Assembly (NCBI GenBank): GCA_963796455.1
Contig: CAWCLO010000001.1
Location: forward strand, 832,001-896,000
Origin: Candidatus Sulfomarinibacteraceae bacterium
GTDB lineage: Bacteria > Acidobacteriota > Thermoanaerobaculia > Thermoanaerobaculales > Sulfomarinibacteraceae
Length of the DNA stretch: 64,000 bases
Reading direction: 5' to 3'
This document shows, in pieces, positions 10,153 through 21,305 of the stretch. The position numbers were made by a program, and so were the translations under genes. The notes beneath the pieces were generated by a model. It searched no databases. It had not been told where the DNA came from and saw nothing but the letters and a program-made list of their open reading frames with translations. How positions within the stretch are numbered: position 1 is the stretch's first letter; the number at the start of each line of letters is the position of its first letter.

Positions 10153-12363
10153 ATGCGTTTCACGAGCAAACCACGATCAGTCGAGATCGACGGCACAGCG
10201 ATCCGATTCGCGCGCACCGAGGAGGGGGTCCTCCGCCTGTGGGCCGACAACGATGTCGGTCTTGCGACAGGTCTCGGTTTTGCCCATGCCCACGACCGGC
10301 TGGTTCAGATGGCCCTGGTCCGTCTCGTCGCACAGGGACGACTGAGCGAGTGTCTGAAGAGCAGCGACGAAACAGTGGCGATCGACACCTTCATGCGCGA
10401 GTTGGGTCTCGCCAACACCGCCGAGGCCGAGGCGCAAAGGATGGGGCCGCTCGGAAAAGAAATCGCCGATGCCTATGCCCTCGGAGTGAATCGTTACCTC
10501 GACGATCACAGGCGGCCACTCGAAATGGTAATGGCCGGCTACCGGCCCGAGCCGTGGGAAGCGCGCGACAGTCTTGCAACCATCAAATTGATGTCCTATG
10601 TCGGCCTCGCCCAGTCACAGCAGGATATGGAGAAGTTCGTCATCGAGTCCCTGCGGGGCGGCGTCGACATCACGCTGCTTCAGAAACTGTTGTCACCCCA
10701 TCTCGATGGGATCGATGCCGGTATCGTGGACCTGCTTCAGCAGTTGCGCCATGTCAGCTCCCTGGTCCCGGATGCCGTGCGATGGTTCCGAAGTCTCCCG
10801 ACGCTCATGGCGAGCAACAACTGGGTGGTCTCGGGTGAACGCACCGCCAGCGGAGCGCCCATCGCCTGCTGTGATCCCCACCTCGAATGCAACCGCCTAC
10901 CCGCGATCTGGTACGAAGCCGTCATGCACACCAGCGACGACTACCGAATCGGCATCACGATGCCGGGCCTGCCCGGTCTGGTCATGGGCCGAACCAGGCA
11001 ACTCAGTTTTGGTTTCACGTACGGGTTCATGGATCTCATCGACTATTTCGTTGAAGATTGCCGCGACGGCGCCTCTCGTCGCGGCCACGATTTCCGTCCT
11101 TTCGATGTTCGACAAGAAACGATCCTTCGCAAGGACGAAGATCCGATCGTCCTGACGATCAGGGAATCCGACCTCGGGGTCCTCGAGGCCGATCCCCACA
11201 CTGCGGAACTCGAAGACGGCTATTACCTCACCCGAGCCTGGTCTTCCCACCGCGACGGTAGTGCCGCATCTCTGGAAGCTCTGGCCGCCCTGCCTCACGC
11301 CGAGGACGTTCAGCGGGCCCAGGAAGTGGTTCGCGAAGTCGCGATCTCTGCCAACTGGCTACTCGCCGATCGAAGCGGCAACATCGGATACCAACAATCG
11401 GGGCTTCTCCCGAATCGTTGCCATTCCGGTCTCTTCCCGATTCCGGCGTGGGACGCCGCAAATCGCTGGCGCGGCACCGTGGCAGCCGATCGCCTGAACT
11501 CGAAGATCAATCCGCCCGAGGGCTATCTCTTCACCGCCAACAACGATCTGAATCCCGATCACGGGCCGCTGACCATCAACCTTTGCATGGGGCCTTATCG
11601 CGCCGACCGAATCCGCGACATGCTCGAGGCAAGCGATGTGTGCACCGTCGACAGGATGCAAGCCATGCAGGGAGATCTCTACTCGCTCCAGGCCGAACGT
11701 TTCATGGAGATGTTCCGGCCCTACCTGCCCGAGACCTTTGCCGGCCGCGTGCTCGCCCGCTGGGATTGCCGATACGACATCGGGTCCCGCGCTGCAACTC
11801 TCTTTGAAAAGATCTATGAAAGCTTGTTGACCGAGGTTTTCGCAAAGGTATTCGGTGACGAGGTGTGGCAGAGGCTGATGTCATCGACCGCCCTCGTTGC
11901 CGACTATTACGACCTCTTCGACACCGTCCTTTTCGGTAACGACGAGTCGTGGTTTCCAATGGAGAGCAAGGACGAAGTTCTACGGAGGGTAGTTACTGAA
12001 GTCTTGACCGAGGTCGACCCCGTTGCCATCCTGCCGTGGGGCGTGCGCCAACAGGTCATCATGGAAAACGTCTTTTTCAAAGGTCGGCTGCCGATGTTTC
12101 TCGGTTTCGATCACGGACCGATCCAACTACCCGGCAACCGAGCCACCATCACCCAGGGCGGCGTTTTCGAGTCCCATGACCGACTGACCACCTTTACTCC
12201 GTCGTGGCGCTTTGTCACCGATCTCGGTGGGGACCGGGCATGGACTGCCCTCGCCGGAGGCCCGTCCGGACGGCGCTTCTCGAAGTGGTACACCACCGAT
12301 GTGGAACGCTGGTTGAGGTGTGAGTACAAGGTGCTCAAGGCGGAACCGGAATCGAAAGCGTGA
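10153..12363 (+). CDS. Penicillin acylase family (Ntn-hydrolase) protein
   Basis: GLGFAHAHDRLVQM, beta-chain start SNNWVVSG, DPHL, TANN. Confidence 0.9.
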   Translation: MRFTSKPRSVEIDGTAIRFARTEEGVLRLWADNDVGLATGLGFAHAHDRLVQMALVRLVAQGRLSECLKSSDETVAIDTFMRELGLANTAEAEAQRMGPLGKEIADAYALGVNRYLDDHRRPLEMVMAGYRPEPWEARDSLATIKLMSYVGLAQSQQDMEKFVIESLRGGVDITLLQKLLSPHLDGIDAGIVDLLQQLRHVSSLVPDAVRWFRSLPTLMASNNWVVSGERTASGAPIACCDPHLECNRLPAIWYEAVMHTSDDYRIGITMPGLPGLVMGRTRQLSFGFTYGFMDLIDYFVEDCRDGASRRGHDFRPFDVRQETILRKDEDPIVLTIRESDLGVLEADPHTAELEDGYYLTRAWSSHRDGSAASLEALAALPHAEDVQRAQEVVREVAISANWLLADRSGNIGYQQSGLLPNRCHSGLFPIPAWDAANRWRGTVAADRLNSKINPPEGYLFTANNDLNPDHGPLTINLCMGPYRADRIRDMLEASDVCTVDRMQAMQGDLYSLQAERFMEMFRPYLPETFAGRVLARWDCRYDIGSRAATLFEKIYESLLTEVFAKVFGDEVWQRLMSSTALVADYYDLFDTVLFGNDESWFPMESKDEVLRRVVTEVLTEVDPVAILPWGVRQQVIMENVFFKGRLPMFLGFDHGPIQLPGNRATITQGGVFESHDRLTTFTPSWRFVTDLGGDRAWTALAGGPSGRRFSKWYTTDVERWLRCEYKVLKAEPESKA

Positions 12364-12838
12364 TCCATCCCCGACATGGCGGAGGGGCAGAGGGGCAAGG
12401 GGGCGGAGGGACAGAGGACCCGCTCGGCATCCTCGCTATCGCTATCGAACGGCTGCGGTGGAAACCATTCCAGAAAGGGAGAAAGGGAGAAGGGGGGAAA
12501 GGGACAACCACCCGGCCCTGATTTCATGCGTGCGCGAATGTCGCCTCCCGATGTCATCCTGAGCGGAGCCCCGCCTTGTCACGGCGTAGCCTGAAAGGCG
12601 AAGCCGGAAGGGGCGTAGTCGAAGGATCTATGAGATGAAACGAATTGACTTCGGTCGTCCACCGGCTACTCGTGCCTTTGAACAACCCCGGGATGGCCCC
12701 ACCGTCACGGCACCTGATCGCTGCCGCTGATCGCTGTCCCCCGTCGCTGCTCCCTGCCCCTGTCGCTGTCGCTGGACACTGTCGCTGCCGCTGACGCTGT
12801 ATTACGGACTCGGACACGGGGCAGCCGCGAACCGGAAA
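12363..12838 (+). repeat. Composite intergenic repeat copy A: purine-rich octamer tracts, nested REP-like palindrome and right half of the four-helix-bundle element
   Basis: Reverse complement of 21684-22077; ~80-nt core 12535-12615 is identical; ends with the CCGCGAACCGGA motif shared with ~33600 and ~42185. Confidence 0.85.
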
Positions 12839-12878
12839 TTCTAAGAACCAGTCCCAAAAACTCCTGTTGTTGAATCGG

Positions 12879-15800
12879 CTAATTCACCAACTCGGCGGAA
12901 TTTCCGTTTGGCGGTTGTGTCGGAGGCGGGCTGGTTTTTGCGGTGCCATTGCGGGTTGCGGTGTCGAATTCGTATTCGCACCAACCACGACCGAGCAGTT
13001 TCTTCAATCCGTCGCGAGCCGCCGTTCCCGGGTCGACGGTCAAGGCAGGAGGCGGAACCAGCCGCGCCCGGAAGCGACCGCGGCGAATCAGCTCGAAGCG
13101 CACCGGCAGTTCGCCGGGATGCTCCAGCAGGTACTCACGGATCTCACCCACACGAGCCTCATCGATTTCATCCAGATCGAGCGCAACTCTCAGCGCGGCG
13201 GCTCGCCGTGAATCGATGCCCTCCAGGTTCACGACTTCCTCCGCCATCAGCTCCACATGGTCTCCGTCGCCCTTGAGCGAAGCCACCACCATGACCGGCG
13301 CGCCATCATCGAGCAGGCGCTCATAGGTTTCAAAAACATCGGGGAAGGCCACTACCCGCACCGTGTCAGCCGGGTCTTCCAACTGAAACACCGCCATCCG
13401 GCGACCCTGATTCCGACCCTCCTTGCGGATCGGCACGACTTTGAGCGCCGTCACGAGACCGCCGATAGTCACCCGTTCGGCACCGGCTGCGAAGCGATCG
13501 CCGAGTTCCTCCATCGTGCAGTCTGCATATCGCCCGAGTTGATCCGCGTAGGCCGCCAAAGGATGTCCGGTGAGGTAAAAACCGAGCACATCACGCTCCC
13601 ACGAAAGGCGCTCGGATTGTTCCGCGGCCCCGGCTCCGCGCAGTTCTTCTTCCAGGCTCTCCGAAGGCATGTCGTCAAAAAGAAACCCCTGGCCCAGCTC
13701 TCGCTGTTCGCGCTCACGGGAGGTCATGTCGAGCATTTGACTGAGATGGTCGAGAATACCCTTGCGGCTGATGCCGAATTGGTCGAAGGTACCTGCCTTC
13801 GTGAGGCCCTCGAGCGCCTTTTGATTCATCGAACGAGGCGGCACCGAACGCAGGCAATGGGCCAGGGAATCGAATCTCCCCTCCTGTTCGCGCGCCCCGA
13901 GCAACGGCTCGACCGCCGCCAGACCGACGCCCTTGATCGCCGCCAGGCCAAATCGAATCCCCGTCCCCTCGACGGCAAAGAACGGCATCGAGGCATTGAT
14001 GTCCGGCGGCAGGATCTCGATCCCCATCTGCCGTGACCGCACCAGGTATTGACGGAGCTTGTCCGTATTTGCAACCTCCGATGTGAGCATCGCGGCCATG
14101 AAGTGCGCCGGATAATGAGTCTTCAAATAGGCCGTCAGATATGCAACATGGGCGTAGGCCACGGAATGCGATTTATTGAAGCCATATTTCGCAAAAGGAA
14201 CAATCTGTTCCCACAGCTTGCGCGCCTTGTCCTTCGGGTGTCCGTTGGCCACCGCGCCATTGATGAAATTTTCACCTTCGCGATCAATGATCTCCTGTTT
14301 CTTTTTACCCATCGCCTTACGGAGGGTGTCTGCCTTGGCAAGAGAGAAACCGGCGATCTCCACCGCGATCCGCATCACCTGTTCCTGGTAAACGATGATT
14401 CCGTGGGTCTCACCCAGAATGTCCTCGAGTTCGGGGAAAATATAGTTGAAGGTCTTGCGTCCTTGTTTGCGATCCGCATAGTCGTCGATGAATTGCATCG
14501 GTCCGGGCCGGTACAAGGCATTGAGGGCCGCAATATCCAGAAACACCCGCGGCTGTACCTTGCGCAGAACATCCTTCATTCCGGAGGACTCGAACTGGAA
14601 AATCCCATCGGTGTTGCCATCCGAGAAGAGCTCATAGACACCGGGATCATCAAAGGGAATCTCCGTCAGGTCGAGATCCGGGTTCTCCGTGCTCCGGATC
14701 GATTTGACCGCGTCATCGATGACGGTCAGGGTTCTCAGACCGAGAAAATCCATTTTGAGGAGGCCGAGGGTCTCCACGTCGTCCTTGTCGAACTGCGTCG
14801 TCACCTCGCCGTGGGACGAACGAACCAGCGGCATCAGTTCAACGAGCGGCTTCGGGGCAATCACAACCCCCGCCGCGTGCACGCCACAGTGCCGCGCCAA
14901 TCCCTCGAGACGGCCGGCCGTTTCGATCAACAGGGCCACGTCCTCGTCGGTTTTGACCAGTTCGTTCAGTTCCTGAGAGTCTTCCAGGGCTCGCGCGATG
15001 GTGATTCCGAGCTCGTCAGGAATGAGTTTTGCGATCCGATCCACATCACCGAAGGGCATCCCCATGACGCGCCCCACATCGCGAACCGCAGATTTCGCTT
15101 TGAGGATATTGAAGGTCGCGATCTGTGAAACCGAGTCCTCGCCATAGAGAACCCGCACATATTCGATGACTTCATCACGCCGCCGTTGACAGAAATCAAT
15201 ATCGATATCCGGCATTGAAATCCGCTCGGGGTTAAGAAATCTCTCGAAGAGGAGATCGAATTCCAAAGGGTCAATATCTGTAATTCCGAGAGAGTAGGAC
15301 ACGAGAGACCCGGCGGCGGAACCGCGACCGGGACCAACCGGTATACCCTCATCTCTTGCGTGTCGGATGAAATCCCAAACAATCAAGAAATAACCTGGGA
15401 ATCCCATCTTCCGAATAATGTCGAGTTCCACTTCGAGTCGCTGTTCATACTCATCAATCGAATGTCTTCGTTCCACGGCCGTAGACAATCGATTCTTGAG
15501 CCCATTCTGCGATTGTTCAGCGAGAAACGCCTCTAAATTCGAACCATCTGGAACCGCAAATTGTGGAAGATGGAGAGTGTCCGTATCGAATCGAACATGA
15601 CACCGGGCGGCGATCTCTGCCGTTCGCTCGCAGGCGCCGGGAAAGTCGGCAAAGAGCTCGTACATCTCCTCCGGAGACTTGACATAAAACTCAGCATTGT
15701 AGGGAGAACTCTGTTGCAGTTCCTCGAGATCCCGGTTGAGTCCGATGCCAAGCAACACGCGGTGGGCAAAAAGATCTTCCTTCTTGTGGAAGTGACAGTC

Positions 15801-16439
15801 ATTGGTCGCCACCAACGGAATTCCGCTTTGATCCGAGAGCTCTTTCATGCCTTCGCGCACGAATTCTTCATCGGCGAGGCCGTGATTCTGGATCTCGAGA
15901 AAAAAGTTTCCGTCGCCCAGGATTTCGCGATAGGTCTCAGCGGCATTTCTTGCCCCGTCAGCATCGCGGCTCAACAGAAGGCGCGAGACTTCACCTGACA
16001 GACAGGCTGACAAACCGATGAGACCCTCGGCGTTTTCTGCAAGGATGGCTTTTGATATCCGCGGCTTGTGGTAAAAACCCTCGAGATAACCTTCGCTCAC
16101 AAGACGCACAAGGTTGCGGTATCCACGGTCGTTCTCCGCCAGCAGAACCAGATGATCGTAGGGCCTGCGCCGCCCAGGCACCGGAGACTTTTCACGGTGA
16201 TCCTCCGGCGCGACATAAACCTCGCATCCGATCACCGGACGGACACCCGCTTTGATGGCCGCACGGTGAAACTGAAAGGCGCCAAAAAGATTGCCGTGAT
16301 CGGTGACCGCAACGGCCGGCATTCCGAGCTGAGCAACCTGCTCCGCGAGGTCTGGAATTCGGATCGCAGCATCAAGCAGGGAGTAGTGGCTGTGCAGATG
16401 CAAATGGACAAAAGGAGGCGGATCAGGACGTCGGGTCAT
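12879..16439 (-). CDS. dnaE: DNA polymerase III subunit alpha
   Basis: HLHLHSHYSLLD PHP domain, GPGRGSAAGS, MPDIDIDF, KMDFLGL, YGFNKSH; no intein. Confidence 0.97.
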   Translation of the reverse strand: MTRRPDPPPFVHLHLHSHYSLLDAAIRIPDLAEQVAQLGMPAVAVTDHGNLFGAFQFHRAAIKAGVRPVIGCEVYVAPEDHREKSPVPGRRRPYDHLVLLAENDRGYRNLVRLVSEGYLEGFYHKPRISKAILAENAEGLIGLSACLSGEVSRLLLSRDADGARNAAETYREILGDGNFFLEIQNHGLADEEFVREGMKELSDQSGIPLVATNDCHFHKKEDLFAHRVLLGIGLNRDLEELQQSSPYNAEFYVKSPEEMYELFADFPGACERTAEIAARCHVRFDTDTLHLPQFAVPDGSNLEAFLAEQSQNGLKNRLSTAVERRHSIDEYEQRLEVELDIIRKMGFPGYFLIVWDFIRHARDEGIPVGPGRGSAAGSLVSYSLGITDIDPLEFDLLFERFLNPERISMPDIDIDFCQRRRDEVIEYVRVLYGEDSVSQIATFNILKAKSAVRDVGRVMGMPFGDVDRIAKLIPDELGITIARALEDSQELNELVKTDEDVALLIETAGRLEGLARHCGVHAAGVVIAPKPLVELMPLVRSSHGEVTTQFDKDDVETLGLLKMDFLGLRTLTVIDDAVKSIRSTENPDLDLTEIPFDDPGVYELFSDGNTDGIFQFESSGMKDVLRKVQPRVFLDIAALNALYRPGPMQFIDDYADRKQGRKTFNYIFPELEDILGETHGIIVYQEQVMRIAVEIAGFSLAKADTLRKAMGKKKQEIIDREGENFINGAVANGHPKDKARKLWEQIVPFAKYGFNKSHSVAYAHVAYLTAYLKTHYPAHFMAAMLTSEVANTDKLRQYLVRSRQMGIEILPPDINASMPFFAVEGTGIRFGLAAIKGVGLAAVEPLLGAREQEGRFDSLAHCLRSVPPRSMNQKALEGLTKAGTFDQFGISRKGILDHLSQMLDMTSREREQRELGQGFLFDDMPSESLEEELRGAGAAEQSERLSWERDVLGFYLTGHPLAAYADQLGRYADCTMEELGDRFAAGAERVTIGGLVTALKVVPIRKEGRNQGRRMAVFQLEDPADTVRVVAFPDVFETYERLLDDGAPVMVVASLKGDGDHVELMAEEVVNLEGIDSRRAAALRVALDLDEIDEARVGEIREYLLEHPGELPVRFELIRRGRFRARLVPPPALTVDPGTAARDGLKKLLGRGWCEYEFDTATRNGTAKTSPPPTQPPNGNSAELVN

Positions 16440-16706
16440 GCCGCCATCATACCCTTATCACCACCGGGTTCCAGATGCGATCTTCGCCTGCTCGCGGCCT
16501 CAATCGACGGGCTGCTCGCGGGCGCCGATTTTTGTTGCATCTGTGGTTCAAAACTCTGCGAATGATCTCGGAACATCCGGTTGTGCAAATACTTCCACAG
16601 AAAAACTCTGAGCCATTTCTGTCAAAAACTTTGATTCATCCCAACCAAATTACCAATAGATGAACTCAAGTTTCGAATATTCCAAAACCAAAACAAAGCA
16701 AAATTC

Positions 16707-16735
16707 TTGACAAAAATCACACAATAACGCAACCT
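16707..16735 (+). promoter_or_regulatory. Putative sigma70 promoter for the TPR gene
   Basis: TTGACA at 16707-16712 with A-tracts upstream; weak -10 (CAACCT) 17 nt downstream. Confidence 0.35.
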
Positions 16736-16748
16736 GAGAAAGATAGAA

Positions 16749-17084
16749 ATGAAGTCACTTGGTCTATTTCGTCGCGAATCTACTTTTCTTCCGCGGGATG
16801 AAGAATCTCAAATTCGTGTCTACAGATCGCACGCCGCACGCGCAATTTCTGAGGAAAGATGGGAAGTTGCAGAGATCTTTCTTGATCGCATTCTCAATGT
16901 AGATCCAAGGCATACTGAGGCGTGGCTGATGAAGGGACATCTCAGGCAACATTGTCGAGAAGATGAGCGAACTGCTGTCGACTGTTACCGAAAAGTGATC
17001 AACCTTTGTGGCCCGGAAGCCACTCACCCCCACGCAAAAAGAGCACGAACTTCACTGAGTCGTCTATTGTCCATTTGGGGCTGA
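16749..17084 (+). CDS. Small TPR-repeat protein
   Basis: LNVDPRHTEAWLMKG...AVDCYRKVI TPR pattern; more AT-rich than its neighbours. Confidence 0.7.
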   Translation: MKSLGLFRRESTFLPRDEESQIRVYRSHAARAISEERWEVAEIFLDRILNVDPRHTEAWLMKGHLRQHCREDERTAVDCYRKVINLCGPEATHPHAKRARTSLSRLLSIWG

Positions 17085-17202
17085 AAAATCGATCCTTGGC
17101 CTGTGCTCCCCTTCCAGGCCCTCCAAACCAGCCTGACACGAGATCCCGCAGAGACGGGCGGAGCCCGGGCGGAACTCGTCATCGCCGTGTTATCCTGCGC
17201 CG

Positions 17203-18210
17203 ATGAAAGCGACGGTGAGCTCCCTACGCCAAGCTCGTCAGATCCGGCAGGTCTTCGGCCCTGTTCTCGAGCGTCTCCAAGACGTCGAACTGTTCTTCCA
17301 ACGCGAATTCGATCGAGCCGAACCGATGGTACGGGACGTCGCCACATATGTTTTGGGAAGCGGGGGCAAACGTCTCCGGCCGGCCCTGGTCCTCCTGGTC
17401 AGCCGAATGCTTGGATACAACGGCGAACGCGACGTCCGTTACGGCGCCGTCCTCGAGATGATTCACACCGCGACCTTGATTCACGACGACATCATCGATG
17501 AGAGTGATTTGCGCCGCGGTCGACCAACCGCCAACAGCTCCTGGGGCAACCAGTCCACCGTTTTGGTCGGCGACTGGCTTTACACGAGAACGATGGATCT
17601 GTGCCTCGAACTGGGAGATGTGGACGTGATGCGCGTGTTGACCTCCGCCACTCTTCGTATGACCGAGGGCGAAATCCTCGCGGACCAGAGTCGGGGCCGA
17701 CTCGATATCGACGAACCGACCTATATGGACATCACGCAACGAAAAACGGCGGAGTTGTTTGCGGCGGCTTGCGCCATCCCGGCCCTTTTTCAGCCTTCGA
17801 CCCTGCACCTGACCGAGCCACTGCAGGAATTCGGCCGCAACCTCGGCATCTCGTTCCAACTCGTGGATGACCTCCTGGATTTCACCGCAGCCAGAGCAGA
17901 TCTCGGTAAACCGGTCATGGCGGATCTTCGAGAGGGTCGCGCGACCCTGCCAATCATTCTCCTTCTGCCTCGGCTCGACAGCGAGAGACGGCGGTGTCTC
18001 GAGCAGGTGGTCGCGAGCGGCCGTTTTGACGCGATCTCTGAGACCGAGGTCCTGGAGATGGTTCGCACCTCTGGAGCCCTCGATGAGGTCCGGACTCGTG
18101 CCCACGCCTATGCAGACAGAGCCGTCCAACAGGCGTTGAGGTTTCCCGACGGCGTCGAGAAGGACGCCCTTGTTCGGGCCAGCCAGATGCTGATCGACCG
18201 CGGCGTCTGA
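17203..18210 (+). CDS. Polyprenyl diphosphate synthase (IspB/HepT-like)
   Basis: GGKRLRP, FARM HDDIID..RRG, SARM QLVDDLLD. Confidence 0.93.
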   Translation: MKATVSSLRQARQIRQVFGPVLERLQDVELFFQREFDRAEPMVRDVATYVLGSGGKRLRPALVLLVSRMLGYNGERDVRYGAVLEMIHTATLIHDDIIDESDLRRGRPTANSSWGNQSTVLVGDWLYTRTMDLCLELGDVDVMRVLTSATLRMTEGEILADQSRGRLDIDEPTYMDITQRKTAELFAAACAIPALFQPSTLHLTEPLQEFGRNLGISFQLVDDLLDFTAARADLGKPVMADLREGRATLPIILLLPRLDSERRRCLEQVVASGRFDAISETEVLEMVRTSGALDEVRTRAHAYADRAVQQALRFPDGVEKDALVRASQMLIDRGV

Positions 18211-18437
18211 ACTCCCAGCCCAAGCCCCGGATGCGCTCGTCGCTAGCGGGATACCGAGTCCAGGGCATCAACGTCGAGAGCGATTTCCTGCCTCCACATT
18301 CGTTGTGAAAAACGAACGGTCTCGTCTGGTTTTTGCGGATCTCCGAAATCGGAAATAAACCGACGAAACTTGTATCTGAGTTTGCGCCGGGCTAGCATGA
18401 TCAAAGCAAAATGGCAGCGGACGACACGGAGGGGCAA

Positions 18438-18842
18438 ATGGCGGAGCCAATACGACACGAAGTGGTGCTCCGCTATCGCGATGGTCATCTCACCAGATGC
18501 TGTCTCACTCGCGAGTTCACCCCGCTCGATTTTGCGGTCGAGGCCGAAACGGCGGATGGTGATCCTATTCAGGTCAACATTTCCGATCTCAAAGCTGTCT
18601 TCTTCCTCAAGGAACCCGGACGCCGCGAAGCCGACCTTCAATTCGCCAACAAAACCACCGAATTGCCGCCCGGTGCGCCGGCCCGCGTCGAATTTTTCGA
18701 CGGCGAAATCGTCCACGGCCATGTCCAGGAGTACAAGATGGAAGACAGCGGTTTCTTCCTTTTCCCAACCTCCCCTGAGAGCAACAACGAGATGGTCTTC
18801 GTGGTTGCCCGAGCGATGAACACCCTCAGCCTCGAAGGCTGA
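18438..18842 (+). CDS. Conserved hypothetical protein (DUF6982-like)
   Basis: LKAVFFLK, VEFFDGE, GFFLFP..PESNN..VFV; GGAGG SD before ATG 18438; family name is from recall, not a search. Confidence 0.6.
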   Translation: MAEPIRHEVVLRYRDGHLTRCCLTREFTPLDFAVEAETADGDPIQVNISDLKAVFFLKEPGRREADLQFANKTTELPPGAPARVEFFDGEIVHGHVQEYKMEDSGFFLFPTSPESNNEMVFVVARAMNTLSLEG

Positions 18843-18851
18843 GTCGCCACC

Positions 18852-19487
18852 ATGAATCTGTCCTCGAAAATAGCCGTTGCTGGGATTCTGGTTGTATCGA
18901 CCGTCTTCGGCGTGGCCGCGCAAGAATCCGCGATGGAGTCGCTCACTCTACTCGGCACCGCCCTGCAAAGCTCGAGGGCCTGGCAGGCCGACTACAGCCA
19001 GGAGTACATCGCCGCCGGCATGGATTTTGGTGAAGAGGAGAGTGGCAGGGTGACCGCTGCCTGGCCGGATCGCGCCCTCTTTCGAACCGGCCAACCGGTG
19101 CGCCAATTGATGGGGCTCAACGGTCGCCTGGTGCGCCTGGTCGATCTCGAGGTCCGGAGCTGTGATCAACACCATTTGAGTGACGACGAGTGGGCGCGGA
19201 TTCCTCTTGCGGCAATACTCGACCCCGGTGTCGCGATCGAGCACTTTTCGGTCTTGGAACACGGCGAGCATGGTTTTGCGCTCGTTCCCCGCGAACAGGG
19301 TGGTGTCCAGAGAGTCGAAGTGACCCTCGGATCCAATGACCTGCCGATCGAGGTGGTGGTCATCGATCCACAGGGCGCGATCAACCGCCTTCGGTTTGCC
19401 ACATGGCAGCCGGCAGATCCTCCGACCGACGACCAGTGGCTTCCCGAAGCACCCAAGGACGTCGAGTGCGTGACCGATAACGAGTAG
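18852..19487 (+). CDS. LolA-like outer-membrane lipoprotein carrier family protein
   Basis: Signal peptide; ADYSQE...EESGRV...PDR and VIDPQGAINRLRF LolA-like pattern. Confidence 0.6.
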   Translation: MNLSSKIAVAGILVVSTVFGVAAQESAMESLTLLGTALQSSRAWQADYSQEYIAAGMDFGEEESGRVTAAWPDRALFRTGQPVRQLMGLNGRLVRLVDLEVRSCDQHHLSDDEWARIPLAAILDPGVAIEHFSVLEHGEHGFALVPREQGGVQRVEVTLGSNDLPIEVVVIDPQGAINRLRFATWQPADPPTDDQWLPEAPKDVECVTDNE

Positions 19488-19496
19488 GTAAGAAAG

Positions 19497-19533
19497 AGAT
19501 TTGGAATTTCGGATTTCGAATTTCGAATTTTCT
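19497..19533. repeat. Degenerate heptamer tandem tract (TTTCGAA)n
   Basis: gatttggaatttcggatttcgaatttcgaattt, directly after the stop codon at 19487. Confidence 0.7.
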
Positions 19534-19766
19534 GGCCGCCAACTCGACACCACACTTCAAAAACAGCGCCGAGAGACGCAGATCGATGACAGGACATGAT
19601 CAGGGTTGCGGTATGCCTATTTACGCCTGCCTCGACCACGATCAGAACAGAAGAAGCTGACGGACGGCGCGACTATCGACAGGAATCCCGATAGCTATTG
19701 CGATGCTCTTGTCTGCGTTTATCTGCGTGATCTGCGGTTTCTCAGGCCGCGACTTGCCGGGATGAC

Positions 19767-21305
19767 TCAGTGCCTGAAATGCCTGCGGCGGGTCAGGACC
19801 ATGGCGACGCCGAGTCGGTTGCACGCCTCGATGACCTCACCATCACGAATCGAACCACCCGGTTGAATCACAGCGGTCACACCGGCTTCGTTGAGCGCCT
19901 CGACACCATCGGGAAAGGGGAAAAAGGCGTCCGAAGCAGCCACGCTCCCTGCAAGGTCGTGGCCCATTTCTGCCGCCTTCGCAACCGCGATCTTGGCCGC
20001 ATCGACACGGCTCATCTGACCTGCGCCGATCCCGAGAATCCGGTCCTTGGCACCGACAACGATGGCGTTCGAGCCCACGTGTTTGACCACCCGCCAGGCC
20101 AACTCGAGTGCGGCGATCTCATCGCCCGATGGCTTGCGATCGGTGAGATGCTCGCGTTTTTCGCCTTCCCAGAGCGAATCAGCAGCTTGCACGAGATAAC
20201 CCCCGTCGATGTCGCGTGCCACCAGGGAGCCCATCGACGGTGCTTCGGCTTCGAGAACCCGCAGATTCTTCTTTTTCGAGAAAATCCGCTTCGCAGCCTC
20301 GTCAAAACCGGGAGCGATCACCACTTCTGCAAACTGTTCCACCACGGCCTCGGCAAAGGGGCCGTTGACCTCACGATTGGCGGCAATGACGCCGCCAAAG
20401 GCGGAGACCGGATCGGTGGCCCTGGCCTTCCCGAAGGCCTCGGCCATGTCGTCGGAGAGACCGACGCCGCACGGATTCGCGTGCTTGATCACGACCACCC
20501 CGCCGGCCGGCAGATCCCAGACCAGCCGCCAGGCACCGGTCGCGTCGCCCAGGTTGTTGTACGAGAGCGCCTTTCCCTGGATCTGTCGAGCACCCGCCAG
20601 GCCCTCGGCGGGTTGACGCCGCGCCAAGACGCCCCACTGGTGTGGATTTTCGCCGTAGCGCAGCTCCACTTCTTCGCACTGCAGCAGGTCACCCGCGACG
20701 ACCGCGGCTGCTGCCGGCCGCTCTTCGCCCATCAGACGCGGAAGCTGGGCCGCAATCGAGGCGTCGTAGGCTGCGGTATGGCGGAAAGCCTTGACCGCGA
20801 GCTCGCGTCGCCGGTCCTCGTCGAGCAATCCCTTTGCCAGTCCGGCGAGGATTTCGGGATAGTCCGCCGGCTCGACCACCACCACGACCCGCGCGTGGTT
20901 CTTTGCGGCTGCACGGATCAGGCTTGGTCCGCCGATATCGATCTGTTCCACCGCCTCGTCGAGTTCCACGCCGACCCGCTCCGCGGTCTCGCGGAAGGGA
21001 TAGAGATTGACCACGACAAGGTCCACCGACGGTATCTCGAGATCTGCGAGTTGTGCCGAATGTTCGGCGGTCGGCGCGGCCAGAATACCGGCAAAAATTT
21101 TCGGGTGGAGGGTCTTGACCCGGCCGCCGAGAATTTCCGGAAACCCGGTGTACTCGGCTGCCTCCAGCACCTCGCAACCGGCATCCTTCAATGCGCGGGC
21201 GGTGCCACCGGTGGAGATGAGTTTCCACCCGAGATCCTGCAGGCCCCGACCGAACTCGTCGAGCCCCGTTTTATCCGAAACCGAGATCAGCGCGACTCCC
21301 GCCAT
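19767..21305 (-). CDS. purH: Bifunctional AICAR transformylase/IMP cyclohydrolase
   Basis: [54 protein letters not shown]; start reset to ATG 21305 (SD AAGGAGG). Confidence 0.97.
   Translation of the reverse strand: MAGVALISVSDKTGLDEFGRGLQDLGWKLISTGGTARALKDAGCEVLEAAEYTGFPEILGGRVKTLHPKIFAGILAAPTAEHSAQLADLEIPSVDLVVVNLYPFRETAERVGVELDEAVEQIDIGGPSLIRAAAKNHARVVVVVEPADYPEILAGLAKGLLDEDRRRELAVKAFRHTAAYDASIAAQLPRLMGEERPAAAAVVAGDLLQCEEVELRYGENPHQWGVLARRQPAEGLAGARQIQGKALSYNNLGDATGAWRLVWDLPAGGVVVIKHANPCGVGLSDDMAEAFGKARATDPVSAFGGVIAANREVNGPFAEAVVEQFAEVVIAPGFDEAAKRIFSKKKNLRVLEAEAPSMGSLVARDIDGGYLVQAADSLWEGEKREHLTDRKPSGDEIAALELAWRVVKHVGSNAIVVGAKDRILGIGAGQMSRVDAAKIAVAKAAEMGHDLAGSVAASDAFFPFPDGVEALNEAGVTAVIQPGGSIRDGEVIEACNRLGVAMVLTRRRHFRH

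Noticed and set aside
14150..14200. Intein in dnaE
   Set aside because: The usual insertion site (KYGFNKSH) is uninterrupted and the protein length is normal.
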